Source: Octopus vulgaris
Lineage: Eukaryota
Direction of reading: 5' to 3'
Length of the DNA: 64,000 nt
Assembly (NCBI GenBank): GCA_951406725.2
Contig: OX597835.1
Location: 18,848,001 to 18,912,000, forward strand
The notes below the pieces were generated by a model that searched no databases, had not been told where the DNA came from, and was given only the letters and a program-made list of their open reading frames with translations. Both the position numbers and the translations under genes were made by a program. Positions 14,091 through 27,199 of this stretch are shown here, one piece after another (positions within the stretch are counted from its first letter, which is position 1; the number at the start of each line of letters is the position of its first letter).

Positions 14091-15477
14091 CTTTGATAAA
14101 TTAAATTACAGCAACTACGATTCTATATTTATATTTTAATTCAGTCTGTATTTGCTAGTACAGTTATCACTCACGGTTTCATAAATTTCGCGCAAATGAA
14201 AATTTTGATTTAACGTTCAATTCTGTAAAGCGAAAATATTGTACATTTACTTCTATTACCCCTTTGAAAAAATCCAAATGGAATATGGGTTTCCGTTACG
14301 GAATTTCATATTACGGTAAGATTTTCACTCAGACAACATTTCCTAAACATGGAAGGGGCTTGTTGTTTTTTCTAATAGATTAATCCAATTTGGTCTAAAT
14401 TTGTATTACTTTTATGTATGTATATATGTATGTATCAATGCATGTACTGTATGTATGTAAATATGTATGTATGTAAGTATGTATATATCTATCTATCTGC
14501 CCGTGTATTTATCTACCTATTTCTCTACCTATTTATCTACCTATATATGTATGTATGTATGCATGTATGTATATATCTATCTATCTGCCCGTGTATTTAT
14601 CTACCTATTTCTCTTTCGCTCTCTCTCTCTCTCTCTCTTATGTGTGTATCAGTCTCCATTTATTTACGTATGAGTATACATACACATATTTAGATAAACG
14701 TTTGTGTGTGTGGCTGAATGAATCACTTTGATTTCTGTAGATGATGGGATTCAGAAGTTATAAAACATAAAACGTATGCCTACCTCTTCTACACATAAAT
14801 GCTAATGCATGTATTTCAACTTTGTAAATGACAGAGTTATGAAATGCAATATATCACCATATTTCTCTGATGTCAAGGTAACACATATTAACTGAAATAA
14901 ATGACCATAATTTATGTAGGCTATGGGCAAGTAACGTAATATGACCATTACAGAAATCCTGTATGTCAATAATTTTAATAATCATATTATTTTTTCTTTT
15001 ATTTATGGTGAACACAGCTAACATAAAGCAATATTTATAAAACTGTTAGACGAAAAATTTCAATGAAAATGCATGTCTGTAACATTAGCCATCAGATATA
15101 ACTGGTAATTGAATAACTCTAATAAATGTAAGTTTATCACCTGTATTGTAACACATGGCTATGCTAAATCAACAATTTTAATATATGGCTGTCAACTATG
15201 TGGGCTATGGGCCGGCAATATAATATAATATTTATTCTTATGGTAAGTCAATAAATTTAATAAATGTCTGGATGTATGTAGTATATGGGTCTGTAATGTA
15301 ATATAAATGTTATGAGTCTGGTAAATTTCAATATTTCTTTTCAAATAAATAACTGCCATTTATGAAATATCTAACTTTTTTTTTTTTTAGAAAAAAAAAT
15401 GAAAAAAAAAAACATCGGAAAATATGTAACGAGATTGGAATAAAAACGAAAACAAATCGAATTCAAGCAAAACCAAA

Positions 15478-15700
<223 letters not shown>

Positions 15701-15760
15701 AATTGAAATCTAAATAATTTTTCATAATATATAAATATATAAATATATATATATATATAA

Positions 15761-15823
<63 letters not shown>

Positions 15824-15971
15824 CATACGTATCTATATTTGCATATATATTAACATATATACCTATACATATGTATATTTATAAATAATCATATAGTATT
15901 TATAAACAAATAAGAAATATATTTATATATATATATGCGTGGGTACAGATATATACATTTACAAGTATATA

Positions 15972-16017
<46 letters not shown>

Positions 16018-16053
16018 GTATATACATATTTATATATATATATGTAAATAAAT

Positions 16054-16113
<60 letters not shown>

Positions 16114-16661
16114 CATATATATATAAATATATATATAATATATGCATGTAACACATATGTATGTGTCTGTGTGTGTGACATATATATGTATATATTTGTG
16201 TTTATATATACATATATATGTACATACACGCACACATACACACATACATATGTATAGAAAGAGACAGTGAGTCAGAGAGAGTGAGATAGATAGACAGATA
16301 TATAGATAAAGAGAGAGAGAGAGAGAGAGAGAGAGACTGAAAATAATTTTTAAGCAATTTGTTTGAAATTGAAATGATCTACAATTACCTTTTTCGGTAA
16401 ACTGCTGAACGAAATAAGAAATGAAAAAAATTACAAATTAAAAAATAAAATCTGGCGAGTGAAAGGCTTCACGTACGAAATGTAATTAAAGATAATTATA
16501 GTCCGCCCAAATAAAACGAATATATATATTATTTCTCATTAAAAAATAATACAACTATCGATATGGTTTACTCTGTTTCAGAGAATGTGCTGAAGTCATG
16601 TGTGCATATATGATATCAGGCATCAATCAATACTGGAACATTATTATTAATACTAATGTTG

Positions 16662-16727
<66 letters not shown>

Positions 16728-17008
16728 TTATAGGTAGTCTCCAATGGATTATTATGAAATTCTTTTCGTTCGTGACTATTTCGACGAATTTTATGATTAT
16801 ATTTTCTTTATTATATATACATGAATATTATACATTTATTTGCGAATATTTATATTATTATGTATATGTCACAAATATGCACGAATATTCAGAAAAGCCT
16901 ACACGTGCCGATATTTCTGTCTGTCTTGTAATCACTCTGTCTCCGTCTGACTGTCTGTATATCTGTCTCTCACATTATTTCTGTTTGTCTTCCTTTCTCT
17001 TTATATAA

Positions 17009-17050
<42 letters not shown>

Positions 17051-17430
17051 ATGTGTGTGTGTAGATAAATATACATACATACATATATATATATATCGAT
17101 CTATCGATCTCTCTGCTTATCTATCTTACTGTATACATAAACGTGTGTGTGTGTATGCGTGTGTATTTGTGAGTGATGCGTAGTGAAATCTGCCAATGAC
17201 CCAGGAAGTGTTACGCAATTGCTTGGAAACTGGGAACTAGAACTCTAAGTAATCTTATTAACACTTAGTAACTTCACCGATATACTTAAAAAAAAAAACC
17301 TTCTTGAATTAGACTTTTAAACAGGCTCCCGAGCAAAACCATCATGAACTCTCTTTTTATATCATTTGATAATTAACACAGGTTATAGGAACATAAACGT
17401 TCTTCCAAGAAAAGATAGCTTAAACTCTGT

Positions 17431-17770
17431 TCTAAATGGAGGTGTAGTGAAATCCTATTTTATGGACTCAACGATGTTCTAAAATAAGGCGAAATTTAAG
17501 CTGCTATAAATCGGCACGAACTTTCCGGACAATGCAATAGCTCTAAATGGAGGTGTAGTGAAATCCTATTTTATGGACTCAACTATGTTCTAAAATAAGG
17601 CGAAATTTAAGCTGCTATAAATCGGCACGAACTTTCCGGACAATGCAATAGCTCTAAATGGAGGTGTAGTGAAATCCTATTTTATGGACTCAACTATGTT
17701 CTAAAATAAGTCGAAATTTAAGCTGCTATAAATCGGCACGAACTTTCCGGACAACGCAATAGCTCTAAAT
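17431..17770. repeat. Minisatellite, 111 bp unit, about 3 copies
   Basis: TCTAAATGGAGGTGTAGTG starts at 17431, 17542 and 17653, with a partial copy at 17764; only a few substitutions. Confidence 0.95.
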
Positions 17771-18044
17771 TTAACACTAAAATTATAATCCCATTAGTCA
17801 AAAAAGAAAATCCCTAATTGCAGGACATGTGTTAACCTTATGGAAGATTCGAAATAGGAGTTCAAGTCCTGGCAAACAAATAGTTCTTTCATATATGTAT
17901 CTATGTGTGTGTTGTGTGCATGAATTTGTGTATGTTCATATATGTGTATGTGCGTTTGTGTCTGGGTATATGCAGAAAATTTGTTACTGTATTTATGCAA
18001 CACAGCATTGAGCGAAATGTGTGGTTGGTTAAATCATAGAATCT

Positions 18045-18250
18045 TTTTATTTTTTACTTGTTTCAGTCATTAGACTACGGCCATGCTGGGGCACCACCTA
18101 GAAAGATTTTAGTCGAACATATCGACCCCTGTACTTACTACGTTTTTGTAAAGTCTGGTACTTATTGAACAGGTACTTTTGCCGAACCGCTATGTCACTT
18201 CGCTTTAAACACACCAACCGCGGTTGTCAAGCGGTGGATGGGGGACAAAC

Positions 18251-18306
<56 letters not shown>

Positions 18307-18487
18307 CCAACGGGCTTCTTTCAGTTTCCGCCAACAAAATTTATTCAGAAAGTTTTGGTTAACCCGGGTCAATGATAATCAATAATACCCAATAGCCAAT
18401 AATAGCCAATAATACCCAAGATGCCACGCTCCGGGACTGAATCTGGAACCATGAAAATTGGAATAAAGCATCTTACCACCCAGCCAC
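18045..18487 (-). mobile_element. SINE family A
   Basis: Reverse complement of tail (TTTTACTTGTTTCAGTCATT..GGCCATGCTGGGGCACC), internal (CA)n and head. Confidence 0.85.
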
Positions 18488-19737
18488 ATGTGTTATGATA
18501 TGCACAGTGTGTATTCTAATAATTTATACACACTAGAATGGATCTTACATTATAACACAACATTGAATGTATCATAAAAGATAATGAACCCGAATTGGCT
18601 CACGGTTTAGGAATGCAGGGCAAATTGTATTAATCTTATATCCTGCTTATCTTAATCCTTCAAGGTCCGACATAGCAGTTATCTTCGTTTCTTAGCGATG
18701 ATACTTTCATCCTTCTAACACGTTCTGTCTGTTTCTCTCCTCTGTGTTTCCTCCCCCTCTCTCTCTCTCTTTCTCTTTGTATGATGGGTACGTTTAGAAA
18801 AATCTACTAGACGTGCTTAAGGAATATAAGTTGGGTATAACTTTACGCATAATTCTAAGATATGTACAAATACACAAATTACATCGATACGGTAGATTCT
18901 ATTTGCACTGATTGACGTAAATCAATTTTCTACCTCCAATATGCTTGAGTAGTTAGCTATAGAATATTCGCTCAAATGGAAAAAAAACCAGATTTTTTTC
19001 TGACAAAGACTATTTGACACATTACGCAACAAAACACATAAGCCATACAAAGACGCACGCACAAACAGATATACTCACCCATACACATGTTGTCTATAAG
19101 GTAAAAACAAAACTGCACTTACAACTGAATAAAGTGTAAAATTATATTTATTTGGTTGACGCCTCCTGCAGTTAGATGTCTAGCGCTGGTCTTCCATCTC
19201 ATTAATCAAAAATTACTGATGAATCAAAACGGACTTTATGGTCTGCCCGAATAAATGAATATATGATGTTGTTGTTGTTGTCTTCAGATATTCGTTCCAA
19301 CGTAGACAGCTGACTCCATTTGTCTAACGATTGCGTAATTAATGAATTAGTTGGACATGACTCAGGGTTAAAATGTATAATCTGTAAAGGAAACTAAGAC
19401 GTCAATTATATACAGGTGTCTGTGTGTGTGTGTGTTTCAGTCTGTGTGTGTGCGATTGTGCGAGTTTCTCTTCGTGTACATGTGATACAGTGTGTGTGTG
19501 TTTCAGTGTGTGTGTGTGTGTTGAGGTAGTGCTTATGTACTGGAAAATGTATCCATGAAATTCATGAATTCACTTCTTTAATAAGTCGTTAAACCGTAAT
19601 ATGTTATTACCGCAGTGCATAGACATGAAAACAATGAAGTTTCACAGAGTTATAATTGGCTGAAATATCACTGATTTTTTTGTCTTACGGTTCAGATCCT
19701 CTCTCTCGCATTACTCTGCATTACATATGTATACATG

Positions 19738-19772
<35 letters not shown>

Positions 19773-20144
19773 ATATATAAAAATAGGGTAATAAGAAATT
19801 ATTATTACCAGTGACCTAGCACAAAAACGAATTAGTCATTAGACTATATATTATTCACATAGAAATACAATAAGAGGCTACCAAATAGGAAAGCCTTGTG
19901 CTAGAAAGAGCAGTAGAAAACTCAAACCACCAAGCAAGGATAAATTCTCGAAAGGAATGAAAATTAAAAACGTTTACCATCTCAATTATTTCCCAGACCA
20001 TGGTTTCTAACTACTTCCATTTTTCTAATGCTCTTTCTAGCACAAGGCTTTCCTATTTGGAAGCCTCTCATTGTATTTATATGTATATATATATGTATGC
20101 ATGTATGTATGTATACTAGACGATGCTGTATAGTTCCTGGCATT

Positions 20145-20471
20145 CTAAAGACTCCGCCGGTTACGACGACAAGGGTCCCAGCTGATACGATCAACGGAAC
20201 TGCTTGCTCGTGAAATTAACGTGCAAATGGCTGAGCATTCCACAGACACGTGTACCCTTAACGTAGTTCTCGGGGATAATCAGCGTGACACAGAGAGTGA
20301 CAAGGCTGACCCTTTGAAATACAAGTACAACTCATTTTTGCCAGCTGAGTGGACTGGAGCAACGTGAAATAAAGTGTCTTGCTCAAGGACACAACGCGTC
20401 GCCGGGAATCGAACTCACAACCTTACGATCATGAGCCGAATGTCCTAACCACTAAGCCACGCGCCCTCACT
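20145..20471 (-). mobile_element. tRNA-derived SINE: family C 3' tail with a different head and CORE-like body; 14 bp TSD
   Basis: TSD TAGTTCCTGGCATT at 20131-20144 and 20472-20485; head GGCTTAGTGGTTAGG..GAGTTCGATTCCC; body GTTGTGTCCTTGAGCAAGACAC. Confidence 0.9.
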
Positions 20472-21319
20472 TAGTTCCTGGCATTAAAGATATCGGAAAA
20501 GACCTGGTTGGAGGCACAACATTCTGAGTTCTTTTGCGGAAATTAAAATAAATGAAGTACCGTTGAAACAGGTGTGTGAATCTGAGAGATGAATATCTTG
20601 AATACAATCATAATTAACTGATCCTCTTGTAGATTCTTTTACATATAATCAGGAGCTTTTGTGTTCTACCTCGTATATGTGTATATATGATTGCGTATAA
20701 TAGGGTTCGCTGAGAATGCGATAATTCTTCCGTACAGATTAAATACTTTAAACTCGCACCGTTGCATATTCACCTGGGATACAGCGTAGGTTTGTGTGTT
20801 GGCTATATCGTAATATAAAAGCACCATATAATGGAGAAAAAAAGGGACATGAACTTCCAATTTTTACTCAAGGGTGAAAAACGGGCCAGATAAATAAATC
20901 ACACTTAAAAGCCTTAATGGAGGGAAGAGAGGCGAGCATACATAAAACTCGTCGGGTGGCCGGCAAGGCAGTTTATATATACGTGTGTGTGTGGAACTGT
21001 ACACATGTACATATGTGTATATATGTCTTCTTAGACGAATGAGTGAACAAATAACAGAAGTTAGCACACAGCATACTTGATACATATTATACAGGACGTA
21101 TGCTCCCACCGACATCCTGACAACGTACGTCGTCCCAGGGATTTTGAACGGAGGAAGATCTAGCTAATAAATTGTTTACCACAAGCGACCAGTTTTGAGT
21201 AACAGCATTTCTAATACCCAGAAGCCCTGATCCAATGTCTCATCATTAATGATGATCATCTTCTTGATGTTTTAGTTGTGGTTTGCATGGCCTAACATTT
21301 CCTGAGCAATTTCCGTGCA

Positions 21320-21537
21320 CTTGTTGTCAAGCGGTGGTCGTACGACAAGACACAGTCCCTCATATATGCACGGCAGTCTTCTTTCAGTCTGTATCTACGA
21401 AATCCACTCACAAGGCCTTGGACGACCCGTGGCTATAGTAGCAGACACTTGACCAACGTGCCATGCAGTGGGCGTGAACCTGGAATCATGTAGTTGGGAA
21501 GCAAGCTTCTTACCACAGAGACACACCTGCTCCTATG
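21320..21537 (-). mobile_element. SINE family A, degenerate
   Basis: AAATCCACTCACAAGGC..CTATAGTAGCAGACACTTG..CTTACCACA. Confidence 0.8.
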
Positions 21538-21729
21538 TTACAGAAATATGAACTTAATGAATGTAGAATACAATTACGTATATTATGACTAATGAAATAT
21601 TTTAAGTTTTTTTTTTTAGAGAAATGACTATAAAATATAAAACTTATATGATGAGGAAAGGTCAATTTCTCCGAAAAAGCAACAGAAAATCACTATCAGA
21701 TCTAAAAGCCTCATAAACAAAATGATAAA

Positions 21730-22410
21730 TGCTGCAGAAAATATGATTTGTTTTTCTCAAACGAGAAAAAATTTAAGATCGAAAAGTTAACATGAGAAAT
21801 GACAGATGGTTATGTGCAAACCCTTCTGAAGTTCCAAGTGTTATGCATACAACATTTCATACAACTGTCAAGGCTTTATGGCTGTCAGGAATGAAGGACT
21901 TGTGATGCTCTTTACTTCTTCCCACATGGCCTACATGCCGCCTACATTGAAGTCCTGGAAAAAATTAAGACCTGGATAGACAGTGTATGGAATAGAAGGC
22001 CATATGTGTTTCAGTACAACACTGCACTGTCACATATGGCTCTAGTAACACAAGAATGGATGGCTGAAAATTTGTCTGATCACGTAAAACCTTACATTTG
22101 GCCTCTTAATTCCTATTACATGTGGAGTATTGTTGAGGGAGAGGTCAATGAACACGCCCTTAATACCAACGATTCTTTGAAAGCTGCCATAGTCAGAATA
22201 ATGTCCAGAATGAAGCAGAACCGCTTGATTCAAGCATGTAGATGATTTATATCTCATACAGTAGCCGTTGTTGAAGATAAATCTTATTGAATAAGATTAT
22301 AGAATAAAATTATATTTATCCTCATAGCATTCTATTTTGATAAATAAAGTTATTTTATTATACATTTTCTAAACATAAAGCTGTCCTGAAATATCTTACG
22401 CCCCCTCTAT
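21730..22410 (+). mobile_element. Tc1/mariner transposase remnant, maT/DD37D-like
   Basis: FFSNEKN..DRWLCANPSEVPSVMHT..YIEVLEK..PWIDSV..RPYVFQYNTALSH..TQEWMAENL..IWPLNS..YYMWSIVE..DSLKAAI; TIR-like end at about 22385-22410. Confidence 0.85.
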
Positions 22411-22467
22411 ATATGTGTGCATGTAGGTATGAATGCAGTATACATACATATATATATATATACATAC

Positions 22468-22562
<95 letters not shown>

Positions 22563-22622
22563 CATATATTTACAAATATATACACACATATACGTATATA
22601 TATATATATATACACATATATG

Positions 22623-22655
<33 letters not shown>

Positions 22656-22745
22656 TTACAAATATATACACACATATATGTATGTATGTATGTATATATA
22701 TATATATATATAATACACACACACACACATTCGTATACGGAGACA

Positions 22746-22786
<41 letters not shown>

Positions 22787-23103
22787 TTATGTAATTTAAC
22801 ATTTCAGTTATGCTTTGGGTTTCTAATAACTTGGTTTTAGAGCTAAACTTGCAATGCAAGCGATGTAGCTCTCGTTTGATCGCATTGCTCATAATAGCAG
22901 TAACACCTGTATTCTAAATAGAGTTCATAACATAATTGCGAATATCTTTCTCACACCAATTGCTACAATGTACGTACGTAGGTATTATCAATGCGACTAG
23001 GCTGTTCAGAAACACCTACATTGCTAAATCCTCCAATTATTTGGATGACGGAAACATAAATATTGATGGCGAAGCGAGTCCGGAAAGAACCGAAATCGAG
23101 CTG

Positions 23104-23156
23104 TCTTAACTGATGAGACAACGGAAATTGCTGAAGCTGACACGTCAGTATTAAGA
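23104..23156 (+). ncRNA. Type I hammerhead ribozyme motif, copy 1 (GAAG instead of GAAA)
   Basis: Stem I TCTTAA/TTAAGA; CTGATGA at 23110; stem II gaCAA-cggaaa-TTGct; GAAG; stem III CTGA-cacg-TCAG; GUA triplet at 23148-23150. Confidence 0.75.
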
Positions 23157-23370
23157 ATTTTCGATCAGCACTTTCCGGAAGATTATGGTCCCTGTTTGTG
23201 TATATGTTTTCATCACGTGCGTTAACTACAGCGTTTGGCGCGGTTCACGTCTTATTTTTTCCATTGTAAGTGTTTCCTACAACCCTAGTCTCATTTAGTG
23301 ACATCTGTAATTCTCCTTTATGGTAAACCATTGCAAACTGCGGTTTATATTTATTTATATATTTATATAT

Positions 23371-23753
23371 GGAAGCACTCCGTCGGTTACGGCGACGAGG
23401 GTTCCGGTTGATCCGATTAACGGAACAGCCTGCTCGTGAAATTAACGTGTAAGTAGCTGAGCACTCCACAGACACGTGTATCCTTAACGTAGTTCTCGGG
23501 GATATTCAGCGTGACACAGAGAGTGACAAGGCCGGCCCTTTGAAATACGGGTACAACAGAAACAGGAAGTAAGAGTGAGAGAAAGTTGTGGTGAAAGAGT
23601 ACACAGGGATCACCACCATCCCCTGCCGGAGCCTCGTGGAGCTTTTAGGTGTTTTTGCTCAATAAACACTCACAACACCCGGTCTGGGAATCGAAACAGC
23701 GATCCTACGACCGCGAGTCCGCTGCCCTAACCACTGGGCCATTGCGCCTCCAC
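23371..23753 (-). mobile_element. SINE family C, full length
   Basis: Minus-strand head GTGGAGGCGCAATGGCCCAGTGGTTAGGGCAGCGGACTCGCGGTCGTAGGATCGC..TTCGATTCCCAGACC; near-identical to 32397-32782. Confidence 0.92.
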
Positions 23754-23853
23754 CTATACGCATTAGCGAATGGCTAAATCATCCAATTATTTGGACGAGG
23801 AAAACATAAATACTAATGGTGAAGCGAGTCCGGAAAGAGCCGAAGATAAGCTG

Positions 23854-23906
23854 TATCAACTGATGATGCAACGGAAATTGCCGAATCTGACGCATCAGTA
23901 TTAAGA
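23854..23906 (+). ncRNA. Type I hammerhead ribozyme motif, copy 2 (GAAT instead of GAAA)
   Basis: CTGATGA at 23860; stem II tGCAA-cggaaa-TTGCc; GAAT; stem III CTGA-cgca-TCAG; GUA at 23898-23900; exactly 750 bp after copy 1; stem I weakened. Confidence 0.65.
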
Positions 23907-24388
23907 ATACTCGATCGGCACTTTTCGGACGATTTTGTCTTCATTCGTGCGCGTTAACCACAACAGTGGAGCGGTTTAGCTCTTATATATTTACCTTGCA
24001 AGATGCATGACATGAAATTGTGTGTTGAAACAGATATTATTACAGTTGGGGATGGTCATTTTTGTTTTTCACCCCTATATTATTGTCTTTATTTTATGCC
24101 CGTTGTCTGGAAATCCTTCGCCGCATACTTATGACCACTCCAATGACTCTCCATCCGACGTGTCTCCACCTGTTCTGTTTAGTCCATTCTGAAAGAACGA
24201 CAGAAAGGACTAAACAGACATGTGGCAGACACGTGTGATGGAGTGTCGTTGAAAAGATCACAGGACAGGTGGCAAAAGGTTTTCAGTCAAAGGAGAATGT
24301 ATTAAGAAGAATAATAAATCTGAAGTGTAAGCCAGCGCGTGTGATTATTTGGCAATCAAAAAATGACCGTCCCAAAATATTATCAATC

Positions 24389-24451
<63 letters not shown>

Positions 24452-24460
24452 GTCTGTCTA

Positions 24461-24533
<73 letters not shown>

Positions 24534-24642
24534 ATGTGTGTATGTATGAATATATATACATATGTGTGTGTGTGTGTATGTATGTATATATATATATATA
24601 TATGTATATGTTAATATATATATGTATGTATATATATATGTC

Positions 24643-24760
<118 letters not shown>

Positions 24761-26288
24761 ACTATTTAATGCACGCAGATTCACGCTCTCATTAATATAC
24801 GCACCTATGTAAATGCATAAATATATAAACGTTAATAATAGACGTATAGATGTATATGGATATATAGGTATGCGCATATATGTGAGTGAGCGTTATAACG
24901 CACAAGTACGTATATGTTATATGTCAGTAATTGTCCTTTGGGTGTGGAGGAGCGTATTTGTATGCGTACATGTGTGTGCGTGAGAGAGAGAATGAGAGCG
25001 AGCGGGAGAGATGGTGAGAGAGGGAGCGACGTTAAGACACGGAGAAAAGGAAGGAGTGTGATAGCAAGCGTCCTATGTTTTTTTTTTTTAAATGACTACG
25101 ATTAATTATTCATGCTGCAGACAACAGGAAATATGCTACATCTTATTGTTGATTCTCCCTAAGGCAATTTACAATATTTGTAACGATATATCTATGATCA
25201 GAGTTCATGTCTAGAATCGTTAATCTTAGTGAACGTCATAAATTAAGAGATCAGCGTAACACGTTCGTTAGGTATGGCTGCACAAGCTTCAGAATATGTA
25301 GGTTGCAGAACACCCATCACTTTCTGTATGTATGTTTGTATGCCGCCATGTATGTATGCATATATCGAATGTCCCGTCCGTGTTTTTTGTATCGTCTTCT
25401 AAATGTTTTACGTTCTTGTCCCAGTTTGTATTTTTCTACATATAAAATATATATAGCGACGTCCGTACCCTCGTTGGCACTTATGTAAGTACATATTCCT
25501 GTAAATTTGGTACGGCTCTACACACTGTCTCTCTCTCTCTCCTATATTTCTCTGCCTTTCACACTTTGCACTCTACTTTGATCTCTCCCCTTCTTTCTCT
25601 CTCTCTCTACTTCTCCTTTTCTCTTTTCTTGCCTCTGATTCTTTAGTCTACTCTTCCCCCCACTCTCTCACAATTCTCTGTCTTTCTCACTTTGCACTCA
25701 CTAGCCCTCATCGGCACGCACTCTTTCTTCTCCCCTCTTTAATTCCTTCTTTCTCTCTCTTCTCCCCCCTTTGTTGCCTTCGTCCCTCTTTCTCTCTCTC
25801 TTTGTTTCCTTTGCCCCCTTTCTTTTCTCTCTCTTCTCTCACGTGACCGCTGTACAAACACACACACACATACACGCATACACACGCGCACACACAACGC
25901 GCGCCGACACACACCCGAAATAAGTTGAGATAATATATATATAATCGATGTATATCTCTACGTATCTCGAGTGTGTGTCTGTGCGCGTTGTAAGTGCATG
26001 TGTGTGTCTGCGCGCGTGTGTGTGATTATGCGTCTGTGTGGGTGTGTGCATGTGTGTGTGTGTACAGTGATACGTTCGAGGGTTTCGTTTATTTACGAAT
26101 TGATTTCTTAATTTTACCGGCCTATAAATATTTATAATTCTGATAGCAGATATCTGGTTCGGCATAAGAAATGCTTTGCCTTCATCAGTAGAATATAGGC
26201 AATATAATACATAAATACCTGAGTATATGTAAGTATTTGTTTATTGTACATAAATTCGTGCGTATATGTAAGTATTCGTATGTATGTT

Positions 26289-26364
<76 letters not shown>

Positions 26365-26655
26365 ATTTATGTACTACTTTGCATATATTCCACAATATTT
26401 TTCCTGGTATATTTTGTCCCTTTCTCCTCTCCTTGTGCTTTATGAACATTTAATGTGGTTTTAGAGTCAAGTTTTGGCTGCTATTTCTAGCATGGTGGTA
26501 TCTCTTGGAGACCTTTAATTATTTAATTATAATTTTAATAATAATTATTACTTATGTGGCTTTTATTCCGATGCTAACTACCTGATATGATCGGTATTCT
26601 AAATAACGATCTTATCCTTATTTATATAAGTTTATATATTGAATTCGTCATCATA

Positions 26656-26826
26656 GGCGCAGGAGCGGCTGTGTGGTAAGTAGCTTGCTAACCAACCACA
26701 TGGTTCCAGGTTCAGTCCCACTGTGTGGCATCTTGGGCAAGTGTATTCTGCTATAGCATCGGTCCGACCAATGCCTTGTGAGTGGATTTGGTAGACGGAA
26801 ACTGAAAGAAGCCTGTCGTATATATG

Positions 26827-26857
<31 letters not shown>

Positions 26858-27072
26858 CTGTGTCTGTGTTTGTCCCCCTAGCATTGCTTGACAACCGACG
26901 CTGGTGTGTTTACGTCCCCGTCACCTAGCGGTTCGGCAAAAGAGACCGATAGAATAAGTACTGGGCTTGCAAAGAATAAGTCCCGGGGTCGATTTGCTCG
27001 ACTAAAGGCGGTGCTCCAGCATGGCCGCAGTCAAATGACTGAAACAAGTAAAAGAGTAAAAGAGTAAAGAGT
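26656..27072 (+). mobile_element. SINE family A, full length (tRNA head, CORE-like domain, internal TA/TG tract, GTAAAAGA tail)
   Basis: GGCTGTGTGGTAAG (A box), GGTTCAGTCCC (B-box-like), CTTGGGCAAGTG (CORE-like); ATCATA flanks both sides (26650-26655, 27073-27078). Confidence 0.93.
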
Positions 27073-27199
27073 ATCATATTCACTGCGGTGTTATTTTGAC
27101 CATATCGCACAAGGAGTTTAGGCCGGCAATTTCAAATGGTGGTGTGCATATGTGCATACGTCTGCTGAAACAACTTATACTGGCATCACATGAGACTAA

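Noticed and set aside
16582-16733. Possible + strand exon after TTTCAG containing a poly-Asn run
   Set aside because: Largely (AAT)n, weak donor, no homology recognised
23680-23753. SINE heads as tRNA genes (also at 20400-20471, 32710-32782, 36430-36505 and 61145-61214)
   Set aside because: Imperfect cloverleaves that continue into SINE bodies without a Pol III terminator
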